Assembly (NCBI GenBank): GCA_963848295.1
Contig: CAWKDB010000002.1
Coordinates: 288,001-352,000, forward strand
Reading direction: 5' to 3'
DNA: 64,000 bases
Source of the DNA: an uncultured delta proteobacterium
Lineage (GTDB): Bacteria; Myxococcota_A; Polyangia; Haliangiales; Haliangiaceae
Position numbers and translations under genes: made by a program. Below are positions 1 through 10,271 of the stretch, one piece after another; position 1 is the stretch's first letter, and every line of letters begins with the position of its first letter. The notes beneath the pieces are model-generated. The model ran no database searches. It saw nothing but the letters and a program-made list of their open reading frames with translations, and had not been told where the DNA came from.

Positions 1-80
1 GCGCGGTCGCGGCGAACTGCGACCGGCGGCGGAAACGAGCGCGTCTCGGTGAGCACCGACTGGATCGTCGATTCGGCCAT
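1..80 (-). CDS. acs: Acetyl-CoA synthetase, N-terminal fragment running off the window edge
   Basis: AAGGAG RBS then ATG at 80. Reads MAESTIQSVLTETRSFPPP, continuing SQFAATA after a 1-nt indel, like Acs N-termini. Only about 26 codons visible. Confidence 0.55.
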   Translation of the reverse strand, partial: MAESTIQSVLTETRSFPPPVAVRRDR

Positions 81-90
81 GGCAGCTCCT

Positions 91-495
91 TCAGGGCGTG
101 GCGATCACGGCGATCGCTTCGATCTCGACCTTGGCATCGCGTGGCAGCCGCGCCGCCTGCACCGTCGAGCGCGCGGGCGGATCGTTCTGGAACTTCTCGC
201 CGTAGATCGCGTTGACCGTGGCGAAGTCATCCATGCTCGGCGAGAAAGATCGTCGTCTTGACGATGTCGGCGAAGCTCGCGCCCGACGGCGGCGAGCACC
301 GCGCCGAGGTTGGCGAGGACCTGGCGAGTCTGCGCCGCGACGTCGCCCTCGACCATGCCGCCGGTCGCCGGATCGAGCGCGATCTGGCCGCTGGTGAACA
401 CCCACCGCTTGTCGACGGCGCGTCACCATCATCGCCTGCGAATACGGCCCGATCGCGGCCGGCGCCTCGGCGGTCCGCACGACTTTGCGCTGCAT
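91..495 (-). CDS. RidA/YjgF family enamine deaminase (frameshifted in the assembly)
   Basis: Motifs [40 protein letters not shown] and [24 protein letters not shown] are spread over three frames. Confidence 0.9.
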   Translation of the reverse strand: MQRKVVRTAEAPAAIGPYSQAMMVTRRRQAVGVHQRPDRARSGDRRHGRGRRRGADSPGPRQPRRGARRRRARASPTSSRRRSFSPSMDDFATVNAIYGEKFQNDPPARSTVQAARLPRDAKVEIEAIAVIATP

Positions 496-562
496 GTCTG
501 CGTCGTACCACAGGACGCCCTTGACGCCTCGGCCCCGCGCGTTGCTACACACGAAATCCACC

Positions 563-634
563 GGGCGCTTAACTCAGCGGGAGAGTGGTTCCTTCACACG
601 GAACAAGTCGCAGGTTCAATCCCTGCAGCGCCCA
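563..634 (+). tRNA. tRNA-Val (anticodon CAC)
   Basis: Cloverleaf: acceptor GGGCGCT/AGCGCCC, D stem ACTC/GAGT, anticodon stem GTTCC/GGAAC with loop TT-CAC-AC, T stem GCAGG/CCTGC with loop TTCAATC. CCA is not encoded. Confidence 0.97.
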
Positions 635-645
635 CGATTTTTCGT

Positions 646-1524
646 CTACTTACACTCCGGCGGCGGCGTCACGATCGTGTGGCCGCCGGTCGCGACGTCG
701 ACGAGGGCGACCGAGCCGTCGGCGCGCGCGATCGCGACGTGGCCGTCTCGCGTTAGCGCGGTCTCCACGGCTGAGACCGCCAGATCGCGCGATGGCGGCG
801 GACCGAACACGGCGACGAGCTTCGTGCGGTTGCCGAGCTTGTCGCGAACATCGAGGCTCTCGCCAAATGCAGTCGCGACGACGATGGTGCCGCCGGCGAG
901 CGCGAGCGGCGGCACGCGCGGTACGTCGCCGAGGTCTGCGATCTTCGCGCCCTTGGTGTCGAACACGCGCAGCTCGGCTTTGTCACCGGCGTGCATCTCG
1001 ACGTAGATCCGATCGCCGTAGAACCAGATCCCGTCGAACGACCAGCCTTCGCAATTGACGCACGCACGCCACGACGCGATCGTGCCGCGCTTGCCGCCCT
1101 TGCTGTCGAACAGCGTCACCGTTTCCCAGTTCACCGCGGCGATCAGCGAGCGGTCCGCGTTCGCGACCGCCCAGGTCTCGTCGAGCGTGTCGACCGGAGC
1201 GGGCGGAACCACGAAATCGCGGCAGTCGTTGCCGTCGGTGCCGCACACGTTGACGGTCATGCCGACGGTGACGCCGGGGATCGGCGTGCGATGAAACGCC
1301 GGGTACGACGTGCGCCTGGCAGCCGGCTTCCACGCCGGGGACTTCGCGTCGACGTCGAGCGTGAAGCAGGAAGACGGGTCCTGCCAGCACAGCCGCAGCG
1401 TGTGCGCGTCGAGTCGCTCCATGATCTCGATCGATGCGTGCCGGCCGTAGCAAGCGGGCGGCTTGGCCGACGCCGGCGCGCAGACCCACGTGACGACCGC
1501 GAGCGCGACGAGCGCGCGCCTCAT
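646..1524 (-). CDS. Secreted beta-rich hypothetical protein, paralog of 1521..2390
   Basis: Signal peptide MRRALVALAVVTWVCAPASA. Shares LCW..CF, VCGTDGNDCR and a terminal P.C-K motif with its neighbour. Confidence 0.65.
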   Translation of the reverse strand: MRRALVALAVVTWVCAPASAKPPACYGRHASIEIMERLDAHTLRLCWQDPSSCFTLDVDAKSPAWKPAARRTSYPAFHRTPIPGVTVGMTVNVCGTDGNDCRDFVVPPAPVDTLDETWAVANADRSLIAAVNWETVTLFDSKGGKRGTIASWRACVNCEGWSFDGIWFYGDRIYVEMHAGDKAELRVFDTKGAKIADLGDVPRVPPLALAGGTIVVATAFGESLDVRDKLGNRTKLVAVFGPPPSRDLAVSAVETALTRDGHVAIARADGSVALVDVATGGHTIVTPPPECK

Positions 1525-2390
1525 TTCGGACACAGCGGTGGCAGGTAGCGGCGCGGCTGCTTCGTCGCCAGGTCGTACACGACGATGCCGCTCGCCGCGT
1601 CGCCGCGTGCGGCGAGGAACAGCTGCTTGTCGGTCGTGCGGAACGCGACGGACGAGCCGCGGGTCGAGTCGGTCACGCCGGGGCCGGGCAGCGAGATCGG
1701 TGTGCGCAGCTTGCCGGTCTTCGCGCTCGCGACGATCAACACGTCGCCGTCTTCGCGCGGGAACGCCCAGTCGCCGCCGCCCAGCTCGATCGGATCGCCG
1801 ATGATCGCGGGGGCGATGATCGCGAGCTGCTTGCCGGTGGCGCCGTCGAACAAGCGGACCTCGTCCGAGACCGGCGAGCTCGCCTCGTAGATCGCGAGGT
1901 TGCCGCCGACGAACGCGCCGCCTCGGATGGTGTTCCCGTCGGGATCGTACTTGGACTTCCATGGCGGAATCGTCACGACGAGCCTGCGGGTCGCGCCGTC
2001 ATAGACGTAGACCGAGCTGCCTTGGCCCAGGATCGCGACGCGCGCGCGGTCGGGCGTCTGCAGGGTCTCGAGGTTGCCGAAGGTCCACGCCCCAGGTAGA
2101 TCGATCTCGCGGCAGTCGGTCCCGTCCGGCGCGCACACGTGGATGTTGGCGGTGGTCTTCGGCTCCGCGGCCTTCGCCGGCTGCGCGGTGTCGGCCGGCA
2201 GCGGCGCGTGAGGGCCCCACTGGCGGGCGGCGAGGTCGAAGGCCCAGCACCCACCGGCGTCGAAGCACAGCACGATCGCCTTGTCGGTGGCCTCGGTACG
2301 AGACGCCGCGTCTTCCCGAGCGAGGCAATCGGCGGAGTGCGCTACGCCGCCGGCGCAGGCGACGACGCAGACCGCGACGAGTGCCTTCAT
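1521..2390 (-). CDS. Secreted beta-rich hypothetical protein, paralog of 646..1524
   Basis: Signal peptide MKALVAVCVVACAGGVAHSA; LCF..CW, VCAPDGTDCR, C-terminal PPLCPK. 4-bp overlap with the downstream gene. Confidence 0.65.
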   Translation of the reverse strand: MKALVAVCVVACAGGVAHSADCLAREDAASRTEATDKAIVLCFDAGGCWAFDLAARQWGPHAPLPADTAQPAKAAEPKTTANIHVCAPDGTDCREIDLPGAWTFGNLETLQTPDRARVAILGQGSSVYVYDGATRRLVVTIPPWKSKYDPDGNTIRGGAFVGGNLAIYEASSPVSDEVRLFDGATGKQLAIIAPAIIGDPIELGGGDWAFPREDGDVLIVASAKTGKLRTPISLPGPGVTDSTRGSSVAFRTTDKQLFLAARGDAASGIVVYDLATKQPRRYLPPLCPK

Positions 2391-2526
2391 CGGCCTAGCA
2401 TAGTCGCGTTCCGAGTCCGCCCGCACCCCGGCGTAACGAACGAGGTCGCCCGGCGATTTCATGCGCGCTCTGCGCCGCCTCGGGGAGTCGGTCGGCAGGT
2501 CGCTCGTGCGCACCAGCGCGGTCGTA

Positions 2527-3153
2527 TCAAAGCGGTCGCTGCGCCCAGGTTGGCGCGGCTCTGGGCGCAGGCTCGAGGTTGGTGAAGTCGGCGACCTCGA
2601 CCTCGCGTCGGCGGATGCGGCGATAGAGTCGGCCGTCCCTCGCGTAGATCAGGCGATCGTCCGGATCGCGGCCCGACCATTCGGCATCAGGTACCTCGCC
2701 GCTCGAGCGCTGGGACTCGGCTTCACCTGCGACGAGGCCGAGCTTGCCCGCATCTAGCCCGCCTGGCGGATGATCAGGATGGAGCCGACTCGTACCGCGT
2801 GTCATCAGGTGGCGGTCATCGACGAATCGCCCTCCGCCGCCATAAGTCGTGCCCATCGGCCACAGCGCCAGCGCGTGCAACCACGGCGGCCGGCTGACGG
2901 CGGTCCACGACGACGTGTAACTAGTCCGCCCCCGGCTGCCTTGATGGGCCGCATAGACAAAGAGCTTCCCATCGGGCGATAGATCGCATTTCTCCTCGTA
3001 GATGCGACCGTGAAACCACGCACCGTGCGCGAAAGCGTCGCGCGTGGTCTCCCACGCGATCAGGTGACACCAGGCACTCGGTCCTCGTCGCAGCACGAGC
3101 GCGAACCGCGCCGCGCGCGCGACGATCACGAACAGGCGTGGTGCGGGGTTCAC
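2527..3153 (-). CDS. Hypothetical protein
   Basis: 208-aa ORF with globular, Trp-rich composition (VLRRGPSAW, GRIYEEKCDLSPDG, SRPPWLHAL). Confidence 0.65.
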   Translation of the reverse strand: MNPAPRLFVIVARAARFALVLRRGPSAWCHLIAWETTRDAFAHGAWFHGRIYEEKCDLSPDGKLFVYAAHQGSRGRTSYTSSWTAVSRPPWLHALALWPMGTTYGGGGRFVDDRHLMTRGTSRLHPDHPPGGLDAGKLGLVAGEAESQRSSGEVPDAEWSGRDPDDRLIYARDGRLYRRIRRREVEVADFTNLEPAPRAAPTWAQRPL

Positions 3154-3277
3154 ATTGGCGATCCTAGCAGTGATGCAATCGCCGCCGACACCGCCTGGCG
3201 TGACGTCCGGTCCTTGATGTCATCGAGGTTCACGCCGCGGAAATCAACGCACCGTGTCCTCGTCGCGGACGGGCCTT

Positions 3278-3628
3278 TCAACGACGCTTGATCCGCAGGA
3301 GCCCGCCTTTGTGGGCATCGCAGTGACGCGTTAGCCACGTTCGCAGGTCGAGCGTCGTCGATCTCGCGGTCGTGTTGTCGTCGAACGGTGAGAACCGCTC
3401 TTCCGTCCCGGCGCGGAACACCCAAGCCATGGCTCCGTAGGGCACGTCCCGGGAGCTGAACGAAGCGCGGTCGTTCGCGAAGTCGACGGAGATCTCGAAC
3501 AACGGCGCCCCCTCCTTCCAGCCGAACTGCGCTCGAAACTTGTCCGGTCCTTCCTCGACCAGCTTGCCGTTAGACCGGAAGCCCGCGACGAGCTTTCGAA
3601 ACCACGCGACCTGTTCGTCACTGGCCAT
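3278..3628 (-). CDS. Small hypothetical protein
   Basis: ATG with AGGAAG upstream; protein-like composition unlike the shadow ORFs. Confidence 0.5.
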   Translation of the reverse strand: MASDEQVAWFRKLVAGFRSNGKLVEEGPDKFRAQFGWKEGAPLFEISVDFANDRASFSSRDVPYGAMAWVFRAGTEERFSPFDDNTTARSTTLDLRTWLTRHCDAHKGGLLRIKRR

Positions 3629-3699
3629 GGTTCTTCCTACTACGTCGAAACACCGGACGGAGCGCGCGGTGCGGCGATCCGCGCGTAAGCTTGTCGGCG

Positions 3700-5445
3700 A
3701 TGTCAGGCTTGGACGACACGCTTCCCGAGGTCGATCCCCACGCCACCGAGCGCGCCAGCGTGCCCAGCTACGAGCTCGGCGCGGTGCTCGGCACCGGTGG
3801 GATGGGCGAGGTCCTCTTGGCGCACGACGTGGAGATGGGGCGCGACGTCGCGCTCAAGCGCATGCGCGGCGCGGCGCCGACGCGCGACATGACGGCGCGG
3901 TTCCTGCGCGAGGCCAGGATCCAGGCGCGCCTCGATCACCCCGCGATCGTGCCGGTGCACGCGCTCGGGCGCGACGCGGACGATCGGCCCTACTTCACGA
4001 TGAAGCGACTCGCCGGGATCACGCTCCAGCAATCACTCGAGACTCGCGCGCACCGCCCGCAGAAGTTGCTGCGCGCGTTCGTCGAGGTCTGCCATGCGAT
4101 CGAGGTCGCGCACGAGCGAGGCGTGGTCCACCGCGACCTCAAGCCGGCGAACATCATGCTCGGCGAACGCGGCGAGGTCTACGTGCTCGATTGGGGCGTC
4201 GCGCGCGTGGTCGGCGAGTCCGCTCAGATGACCGATGTGCGGCCGACGGACCCAGCCGGCGATGACGCCGCGACGGCGACCGGTACGCTCCTCGGCACGC
4301 CCGGATACATGGCGCCGGAGCAGGTACGCGGCGAGCTGGTCCAGAACGCCAGCGATGTCTATGCGCTCGGCGCGATCTTGTTCGAGATCCTCGCGGGCGC
4401 GCCGCTGCACCCGCGGGGCGGCGCCGCGCTGGCGACCACGCTCGACGCCGACCGCACGTGCTCGCCGGTGGCTCGCCTGCCCGACGGCAACACCCCTCCC
4501 GAGCTCGACGGGTTGTGCGTGTCGGCGCTCGCGTTCGATCCGGGCGCGCGGCCGTCGGCGCGCGAGCTCGCGGCCGGGGTCGAGAGCTACCTCGACGGTG
4601 ATCGCGATCTCGAGCGGCGGCGCAGGCTCGCGCTCGATCAGCTCGCCGACGCGCGCGCCGCGCTCGCGAGCGGAGACGCCAGCCGGCGCGCCGAAGCGAT
4701 CCGCGCGGCCGGTCGAGCGTTCGTGCTCGACCCCGACAGCGACGATGCGTGCGCGCTGCTCACGCGCCTGACCGTGGCGGCGCCGGAGCTGTTGCCTCCC
4801 GAGCTCGAGCGCGAGCTCGCCGACGTGCAGGTACGCGACGCGCGGCTGCGCAGCCGCCGCGGGTTCTACGCCTACCTGATGTTCCTGCTGTTCGTGCCGC
4901 TGTGGGCCGTGATGCGGGTCCAGCATCCCGGCGTGCTCGCGGTCGTGGTGGGCGCGATCGCGTTGACCCTGGTCGCGCAGCTCGTCAACTGGAAGATCCG
5001 CTACGTGCCGACCGGCGCATTTCTGGCGACCCACTTCGTGACCTGCGTGCTGGTGTCGCGGTTCGCGTCGCCGTTCCTCGTGATGCCGAGCCTGATCGCG
5101 GGCGTCATGCTCGCGATCACCAGCCTGCCGGGCGTGATGAATCGGACCTGGGTCGCGCTGTTGTGGCCCGCGGCCGCGAGCCTCGCGCCGTTCGCGCTCG
5201 AAGCGGTCGGCGTGTTTCACTCGACCTGGTCGATCGGAGATGACGGCGCGGTGATCCTGCACGGGGACGTGTTCGCCTGGCTCGGCAGCGGACCGACGAT
5301 CATCGCCACCGTCATGCTCACCGTGGTGGTCTCGTTCTACGCGCTCGGCATCAACCGCGACCGCTCCGCCGCGCAGCGCGCCGCATATATCCAGGGCTGG
5401 CAGATGCGCCAGCTGCTCCCGCCGAGCTCGGGCGGCGGTCGTTAG
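3700..5445 (+). CDS. Hanks-type Ser/Thr protein kinase with C-terminal multi-TM region
   Basis: LGTGGMGEV, VALK, HRDLKPAN, LDWG, GTPGYMAPE; about 6 hydrophobic segments at the C-terminus. Confidence 0.93.
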   Translation: MSGLDDTLPEVDPHATERASVPSYELGAVLGTGGMGEVLLAHDVEMGRDVALKRMRGAAPTRDMTARFLREARIQARLDHPAIVPVHALGRDADDRPYFTMKRLAGITLQQSLETRAHRPQKLLRAFVEVCHAIEVAHERGVVHRDLKPANIMLGERGEVYVLDWGVARVVGESAQMTDVRPTDPAGDDAATATGTLLGTPGYMAPEQVRGELVQNASDVYALGAILFEILAGAPLHPRGGAALATTLDADRTCSPVARLPDGNTPPELDGLCVSALAFDPGARPSARELAAGVESYLDGDRDLERRRRLALDQLADARAALASGDASRRAEAIRAAGRAFVLDPDSDDACALLTRLTVAAPELLPPELERELADVQVRDARLRSRRGFYAYLMFLLFVPLWAVMRVQHPGVLAVVVGAIALTLVAQLVNWKIRYVPTGAFLATHFVTCVLVSRFASPFLVMPSLIAGVMLAITSLPGVMNRTWVALLWPAAASLAPFALEAVGVFHSTWSIGDDGAVILHGDVFAWLGSGPTIIATVMLTVVVSFYALGINRDRSAAQRAAYIQGWQMRQLLPPSSGGGR

Positions 5446-6257
5446 TCTTGGTTCGCCGAGATCGACGTGACCTTGCAGCCGTCCTCGTCGGAGTCGGTCG
5501 CCACGGTGTACGCGAAGTCGCCCGACTCTTCGTCGTGGACGCCGCCGGTCCACGTGTAGCCGCTGCCGCTCGCGGTGCGCTTGCTGACGTACGGCTGGCC
5601 CGAGGACGAGCCGTCGGCGAATGCCTGGCTGCCGATCTTGTCGGCGACGATCGCCGAGCATGACTTCGGCGTGACGTCGCCCTGCGTGCACAGGAGGCCG
5701 TCGACGTTCATATCGACGTCGTAGAGAAAGTCGCCGACCTTCGAGCTCGGCACGGTGACGGTGTAATGCTCGCTGCTCGTCTTCGCGTAGACCGGCGCCG
5801 CGCTCGAGTCGATCGGCGAGATCTGCTGAACCAACGGCAGGCACTGATCGCCGGTCGGATCCTCTTGGGTGCACGTCCCTTCCCAATACGGGTTCACGTT
5901 CGCGATGTACCAGTCGACCTTGCCCGAGCCATCCTCGATCAGCGAATCGGGGATCACGAGCGTGTCGCCAGCGCCGAAGAACACCTTCTTGTTCCAGCTG
6001 CTGTATGTCTTCGACGTGTCGTCGGTCTTCGTCAGCTTGCCCTTGTTGAAGCCGGAACCCTCGATGGTCGCGGTCACCGACGTCTTCTTGATGTCGAGCC
6101 ACACGGTGTTCGAGGTGCCGAGGTTCTGGCACGAGAAGTACAACGCGGTGCCATCGGCCTTACCGTCGTCGAAATCATCGTCACCGGAGTCGGACGACGT
6201 ACAGCCATGCAGAGCGAGCGGGACGATCAACGACAATGCGAAGACCAGCTTGTTCAT
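5442..6257 (-). CDS. Lipoprotein of unknown function
   Basis: Lipobox LHGC followed by an acidic DDGKADG linker; several Cys residues. Confidence 0.7.
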   Translation of the reverse strand: MNKLVFALSLIVPLALHGCTSSDSGDDDFDDGKADGTALYFSCQNLGTSNTVWLDIKKTSVTATIEGSGFNKGKLTKTDDTSKTYSSWNKKVFFGAGDTLVIPDSLIEDGSGKVDWYIANVNPYWEGTCTQEDPTGDQCLPLVQQISPIDSSAAPVYAKTSSEHYTVTVPSSKVGDFLYDVDMNVDGLLCTQGDVTPKSCSAIVADKIGSQAFADGSSSGQPYVSKRTASGSGYTWTGGVHDEESGDFAYTVATDSDEDGCKVTSISANQD

Positions 6258-6420
6258 GACGCGCCGCATTTGCAGGTCATAGGCCACGTCGCCCCGATGG
6301 CATTTCGTGTGGTTGGATCAGGGCGGGCGGGCAAATCGAATTGCCGCGGCAACTCGACTCGACGGTAATTGCTACCTTTATGCAACACCGGACCATCGAG
6401 CCGTGCGTACATCGCGCTTG

Positions 6421-7311
6421 ATGAAAGCCGCGTTGATCTCGCTCGCCGTGATGGCCGTGCCCAGCGTCGCCCTCGCCAGCCCGGAGGACGACGTCGGCGC
6501 GATCGTGGGCGCCACCGTCCAGCACCTGGCCGACGGCCCGACGACGTTCGCGAAGGGCGCGATCGTGATCGGCATCCGCGCCAACGTCTTCAACTACGAC
6601 ACCGGCGAGCGCCTGTCCGGCGCGAACGACGGCAACTCGCTGGACCTCAAGACCCATGGCCGGCTGTGGCCGATGATCATGGACAACGCGGATCCCAGGG
6701 CGAGCAAGCGCACGCTCGGCAAGGTCACGGTGGTCGTCGATCCGGCGTCACACACCGCGTGGTTCCAGGCGCCGCTCGAGGTCGCGCCGGTCAAGGGCGA
6801 GACCCGGACGTTCCACGTGTCCGGCGTCGCCACGGCCGATGCCAAGGGCGCGTGGTCGTTGCGCGTGTTCCAGGCCGGCGTCACGCTCGCCGACCGAAAG
6901 CTCAAGGACTTCGTCGTGCTCGCGCCGTGGGGGATGATGAAATGGGCTGCGACCAAGGAGCCTCGCGACGCGGCTGCCATCGCTTGGTTCAAGCACCACT
7001 CGTTCGCGAAGAACGCCGCGAGCGGCGTCGTGCTCGCCGGTGGCAGTGCGCCGCAAGAGCTGGCGACCGGGCCGGCGGCGATCAAGCTCGCGGCCGAGTT
7101 CGACAAGCTCGACATGCGGGCGATCGACGTCGCCACGACCGGCACGAGCCTCGTCACGACCGGAACCGCGCTGTGGCTGAACACCGGCAACGAACGCGAC
7201 GGCGAGATCGAGCTCGGCTTCGCGGCGTATGCGGTCAGGGAAGCAGGCGCCTGGAAGTGGCGTTCGCTCCAGTTCTTCGAGGACCAGTTCCCGAGGATCG
7301 GCGAGCCTTAA
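6421..7311 (+). CDS. Secreted hypothetical protein
   Basis: Signal peptide MKAALISLAVMAVPSVALA; GC3-rich codon usage. Confidence 0.7.
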   Translation: MKAALISLAVMAVPSVALASPEDDVGAIVGATVQHLADGPTTFAKGAIVIGIRANVFNYDTGERLSGANDGNSLDLKTHGRLWPMIMDNADPRASKRTLGKVTVVVDPASHTAWFQAPLEVAPVKGETRTFHVSGVATADAKGAWSLRVFQAGVTLADRKLKDFVVLAPWGMMKWAATKEPRDAAAIAWFKHHSFAKNAASGVVLAGGSAPQELATGPAAIKLAAEFDKLDMRAIDVATTGTSLVTTGTALWLNTGNERDGEIELGFAAYAVREAGAWKWRSLQFFEDQFPRIGEP

Positions 7312-7378
7312 CGATCCGTGATCGCGACGTGACCGAGGCATGACGCGCGTCGCGGCGAACGCGCCGTACGATGGGATC

Positions 7379-8413
7379 ATGCGCGTCGAATACCTCTCGA
7401 GGGGATCCCTCGTGTCGCAGTCCACCTATACCCACGAGCTGCGTCCAGCGCTGCCCGCGGAGGCGTTCGAGCCGGCCACTTCACGACTCGCGTTCGTGCC
7501 GGCCCATGTCGCGGTCATCGCGATGGCCACGATCGCGATCGCCGCTCACTGGGTTCCGTGGCCGCTCGTGCCGCTGCTCTCGCTCGCGATCGGCATCAGC
7601 TTCGCGTGCTTGACCTTCGTCGGGCACGAGACCGTGCATGGCGGGATCGTCCGAGGGCATCGCATCCGGCAGCTCGTCGCCTGGGTGTGCTTCTTGCCGT
7701 TCACGCTGTCGCCTCGGCTGTGGGCGGCGTGGCACGACCGCGTCCACCACGCGAACGCGAACCTCGCCGAGGATCCCGACATGTATCCGACCCTCGCGGA
7801 GTACCGCGGCAGCGGCAAGATCCGGTTCGTGGTGAACGCGTTCTCGCTCGGCGGCAGGCGCTGGCGCGGCGGGCTCAGCTTGATCCTCGGCTTCACCGTC
7901 CAGAGCGCTCATCAGCTGATCGACGCACGGCGATTCCTGAAGCCGCGCGCGTTCAAGGTCGCGCTGGCCGAGACCCTCGCCGGCGTCGCGTTATGGGCGA
8001 CGGTCGCGGCGCTCGTCGGGTTCGTCCCGTTCTTGTTCGTGTTCGTCCTGCCGTTGGTGGTCGCGAACGTGATCGTGATGTCGTTCATCCTGACGAACCA
8101 CGGGTTGAGCCCACGGGTCGAGATCAATGATCCCCTCGCCAGCGGGCTCAGCGTGACCGCGCCGCGCTGGATCGAGTGGCTGACGTTGAACTTCGGCTAT
8201 CACGTCGAGCACCATCTGTTTCCCGCGATGAGCTCGCGCCACGCGCGTCGCGTGAGGGATGGCCTGCGGCTGCGCTGGCCACTCCGCTACAAGTCGATGC
8301 CGCTCGGGGCCGCGCTCGCCGAGTTGCATCGCACCGCGCGCGTTTACAAGGACGCGACCACGCTCGTCGATCCGCGGACCGGCCGCGAGTTCGCGACGCT
8401 GATGCCCGGCTAG
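7379..8413 (+). CDS. Membrane fatty acid desaturase (start uncertain: 7340, 7379 or 7412)
   Basis: Three His boxes HETVH, HDRVHH, HVEHH plus TM helices. Confidence 0.92.
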   Translation: MRVEYLSRGSLVSQSTYTHELRPALPAEAFEPATSRLAFVPAHVAVIAMATIAIAAHWVPWPLVPLLSLAIGISFACLTFVGHETVHGGIVRGHRIRQLVAWVCFLPFTLSPRLWAAWHDRVHHANANLAEDPDMYPTLAEYRGSGKIRFVVNAFSLGGRRWRGGLSLILGFTVQSAHQLIDARRFLKPRAFKVALAETLAGVALWATVAALVGFVPFLFVFVLPLVVANVIVMSFILTNHGLSPRVEINDPLASGLSVTAPRWIEWLTLNFGYHVEHHLFPAMSSRHARRVRDGLRLRWPLRYKSMPLGAALAELHRTARVYKDATTLVDPRTGREFATLMPG

Positions 8414-8456
8414 CCGACGGTGCGACTCCCGCGATCCTGATACCGTCCGTTGAGTC

Positions 8457-8933
8457 ATGGCCGAGCAGAATGAGCTCATCGAGCTCGAGATCGCAGCGTT
8501 CCAGGGCCCGCACATCAAGCGCGCCCGGATGGTCCTCGCGGCCACCGGCGTGCTCTACGTGATCCTCGGCTACCTCGACTACGGCGACATCGCGAAGGCG
8601 CGCGAGCGCGTGCACACCCTCACCGCCGCCGGGGTAGACCTCGGCGACGCCCCGCACCTGGTCAACATGGCGCTGGCGGTCGCGGTGGCGGCGGTCGCCG
8701 GTGGTATCGCCAATGTCGCGCTCGCCGTGCTCGGCGGCACGAAGACGATGATCGTGTTCTACGTGGCCGCGGCGATCTTCATCGGGCAGTCGGCGCTCAA
8801 CCTCTACGTCTCGGGCGGCGCGATGCTGACGAGCTTGCTGTGGTGGCTGATCGCGATCGTCCTCGGTATGGGGTTCATGGCCGCGTTCAAAGCCGAGCAG
8901 CTGCGCAAGCGCCCGGTTCCTGCCCGAGGTTAG
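8457..8933 (+). CDS. Small membrane protein (4 TM)
   Basis: Four hydrophobic stretches in 158 aa. Confidence 0.7.
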   Translation: MAEQNELIELEIAAFQGPHIKRARMVLAATGVLYVILGYLDYGDIAKARERVHTLTAAGVDLGDAPHLVNMALAVAVAAVAGGIANVALAVLGGTKTMIVFYVAAAIFIGQSALNLYVSGGAMLTSLLWWLIAIVLGMGFMAAFKAEQLRKRPVPARG

Positions 8934-9010
8934 CGTCGAGGTGAGGGTCCTTGCCTTCATTGCCGTACAAGCTCACTGACCACTCGGGCGGTTGACGCTC
9001 TTGTTCGATC

Positions 9011-10267
9011 ATGGATGATCGAACGATGGTCGAGAACGACAGCGCCTTCGCCGCAACGGTCGCGCCGAGCTCCGATTCGCCGGCGATGCTGGCCGAGACG
9101 CATGCGACGCTCGCTCAGGGGTCGACCGCGGGGTTGGCGCTGTCCATGCGGTCGACGGTGTTGCCGCGGGGGACGGTTGGCGATCTCCGCGTCGAGGCGC
9201 CACCAGCGGCGCAGCGGTTCGTGCCGGTTCGCCTGCTCGGCATCGGCGGGATCGGCGAGGTGACGTTGGTCCAGGACCACGACATCGATCGACCCGTCGC
9301 GCTCAAGCGGCTTCGTCCCGAAGCGAGCTCCCCCGAGCTCGTCCATCGGTTCGCGCAAGAGATCCGCACCGTCGGCCAGCTCGAACATCCGAACATCGCG
9401 CCGGTTCATGACGTCGGCATCGACGACGAAGGTCACCACTACTTCGTGATGCGCTACGTCGAAGGCGAAACGCTCGAGCACATCATCGCCAAGCTCGCCG
9501 CGGGCGACCCCGCGTATCACGCGCGCTTCCCGTTCGAGCACCGCACACAGGTCTTCCTGGGCGTGTTGAATGCGATCGCCTACGCGCACGGCAAGCAGAT
9601 CCTCCACCGTGACATCAAGCCATCGAACATCATGGTCGGCCCTTACGGCGAGGTCGTGGTCATGGACTGGGGCATCGCGAAGAAGAAGACCGCCGAGGAG
9701 ATGGCCGGTCCGCACGCGGACTCGCAGATCGACGGCGAGACGCGGGCGCAGTTGTTTCGCACCCGCCATGGATCACTCATCGGCACCCCGGCGTACATGT
9801 CACCGGAGCAGGCGCAGGGCGCGACCGATCGCATCGACGAGCGCAGCGATATCTACGCGCTGTGTGTCGTGCTCTACGAGCTCCTCACGCTCCAGCACTA
9901 CCTGCCGGAGCGCACGACCATGGCACACATGCTCGCCTCGATCGCAGACGACGAGCATGTGAGCGCAGCCTTTGTGCCCAACCGGCATCAGACCCCGGTG
10001 CCGGCGGAGCTCAGTTGGTTCATCGAGAAGGGACTCGAGAAGCCACCGGGTGCGCGTTACCAGACGGTGACCGAGATGATCACGAGGCTCGAGCATGCGA
10101 TGGCCGGCCTGTTCCCGGTGCAGTGCCCGGTCACATTCCTCAAGACGGTCGGCGGTCGCGGCGTGCGCTTCGTCGATCGCCATCCGATCGTCTCGATGGT
10201 CGGGACGCCGGCCGCGGCCGGTCTGATGATCTTCGGCTTGGTCGAGCTCGTGCTCAAGCTCGTCTAG
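9011..10267 (+). CDS. Ser/Thr protein kinase with C-terminal TM anchor
   Basis: LGIGGIGEV, VALK, HRDIKPSN, MDWG, GTPAYMSPE. Confidence 0.93.
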   Translation: MDDRTMVENDSAFAATVAPSSDSPAMLAETHATLAQGSTAGLALSMRSTVLPRGTVGDLRVEAPPAAQRFVPVRLLGIGGIGEVTLVQDHDIDRPVALKRLRPEASSPELVHRFAQEIRTVGQLEHPNIAPVHDVGIDDEGHHYFVMRYVEGETLEHIIAKLAAGDPAYHARFPFEHRTQVFLGVLNAIAYAHGKQILHRDIKPSNIMVGPYGEVVVMDWGIAKKKTAEEMAGPHADSQIDGETRAQLFRTRHGSLIGTPAYMSPEQAQGATDRIDERSDIYALCVVLYELLTLQHYLPERTTMAHMLASIADDEHVSAAFVPNRHQTPVPAELSWFIEKGLEKPPGARYQTVTEMITRLEHAMAGLFPVQCPVTFLKTVGGRGVRFVDRHPIVSMVGTPAAAGLMIFGLVELVLKLV

Positions 10268-10271
10268 GCGC

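Noticed and set aside
521..551. Sigma70 promoter (TTGACG...TACACA) for the tRNA
   Set aside because: The position is plausible, but the -10 match and spacing are too weak to call.
563..3630. Integrative element or prophage at tRNA-Val
   Set aside because: No integrase or phage genes, and I found no duplicate of the tRNA 3' end.
8934..8960. GTCGAGGTGAGGGTC after the 8933 stop as a fourth hexamer element
   Set aside because: Too short and divergent to distinguish from chance.
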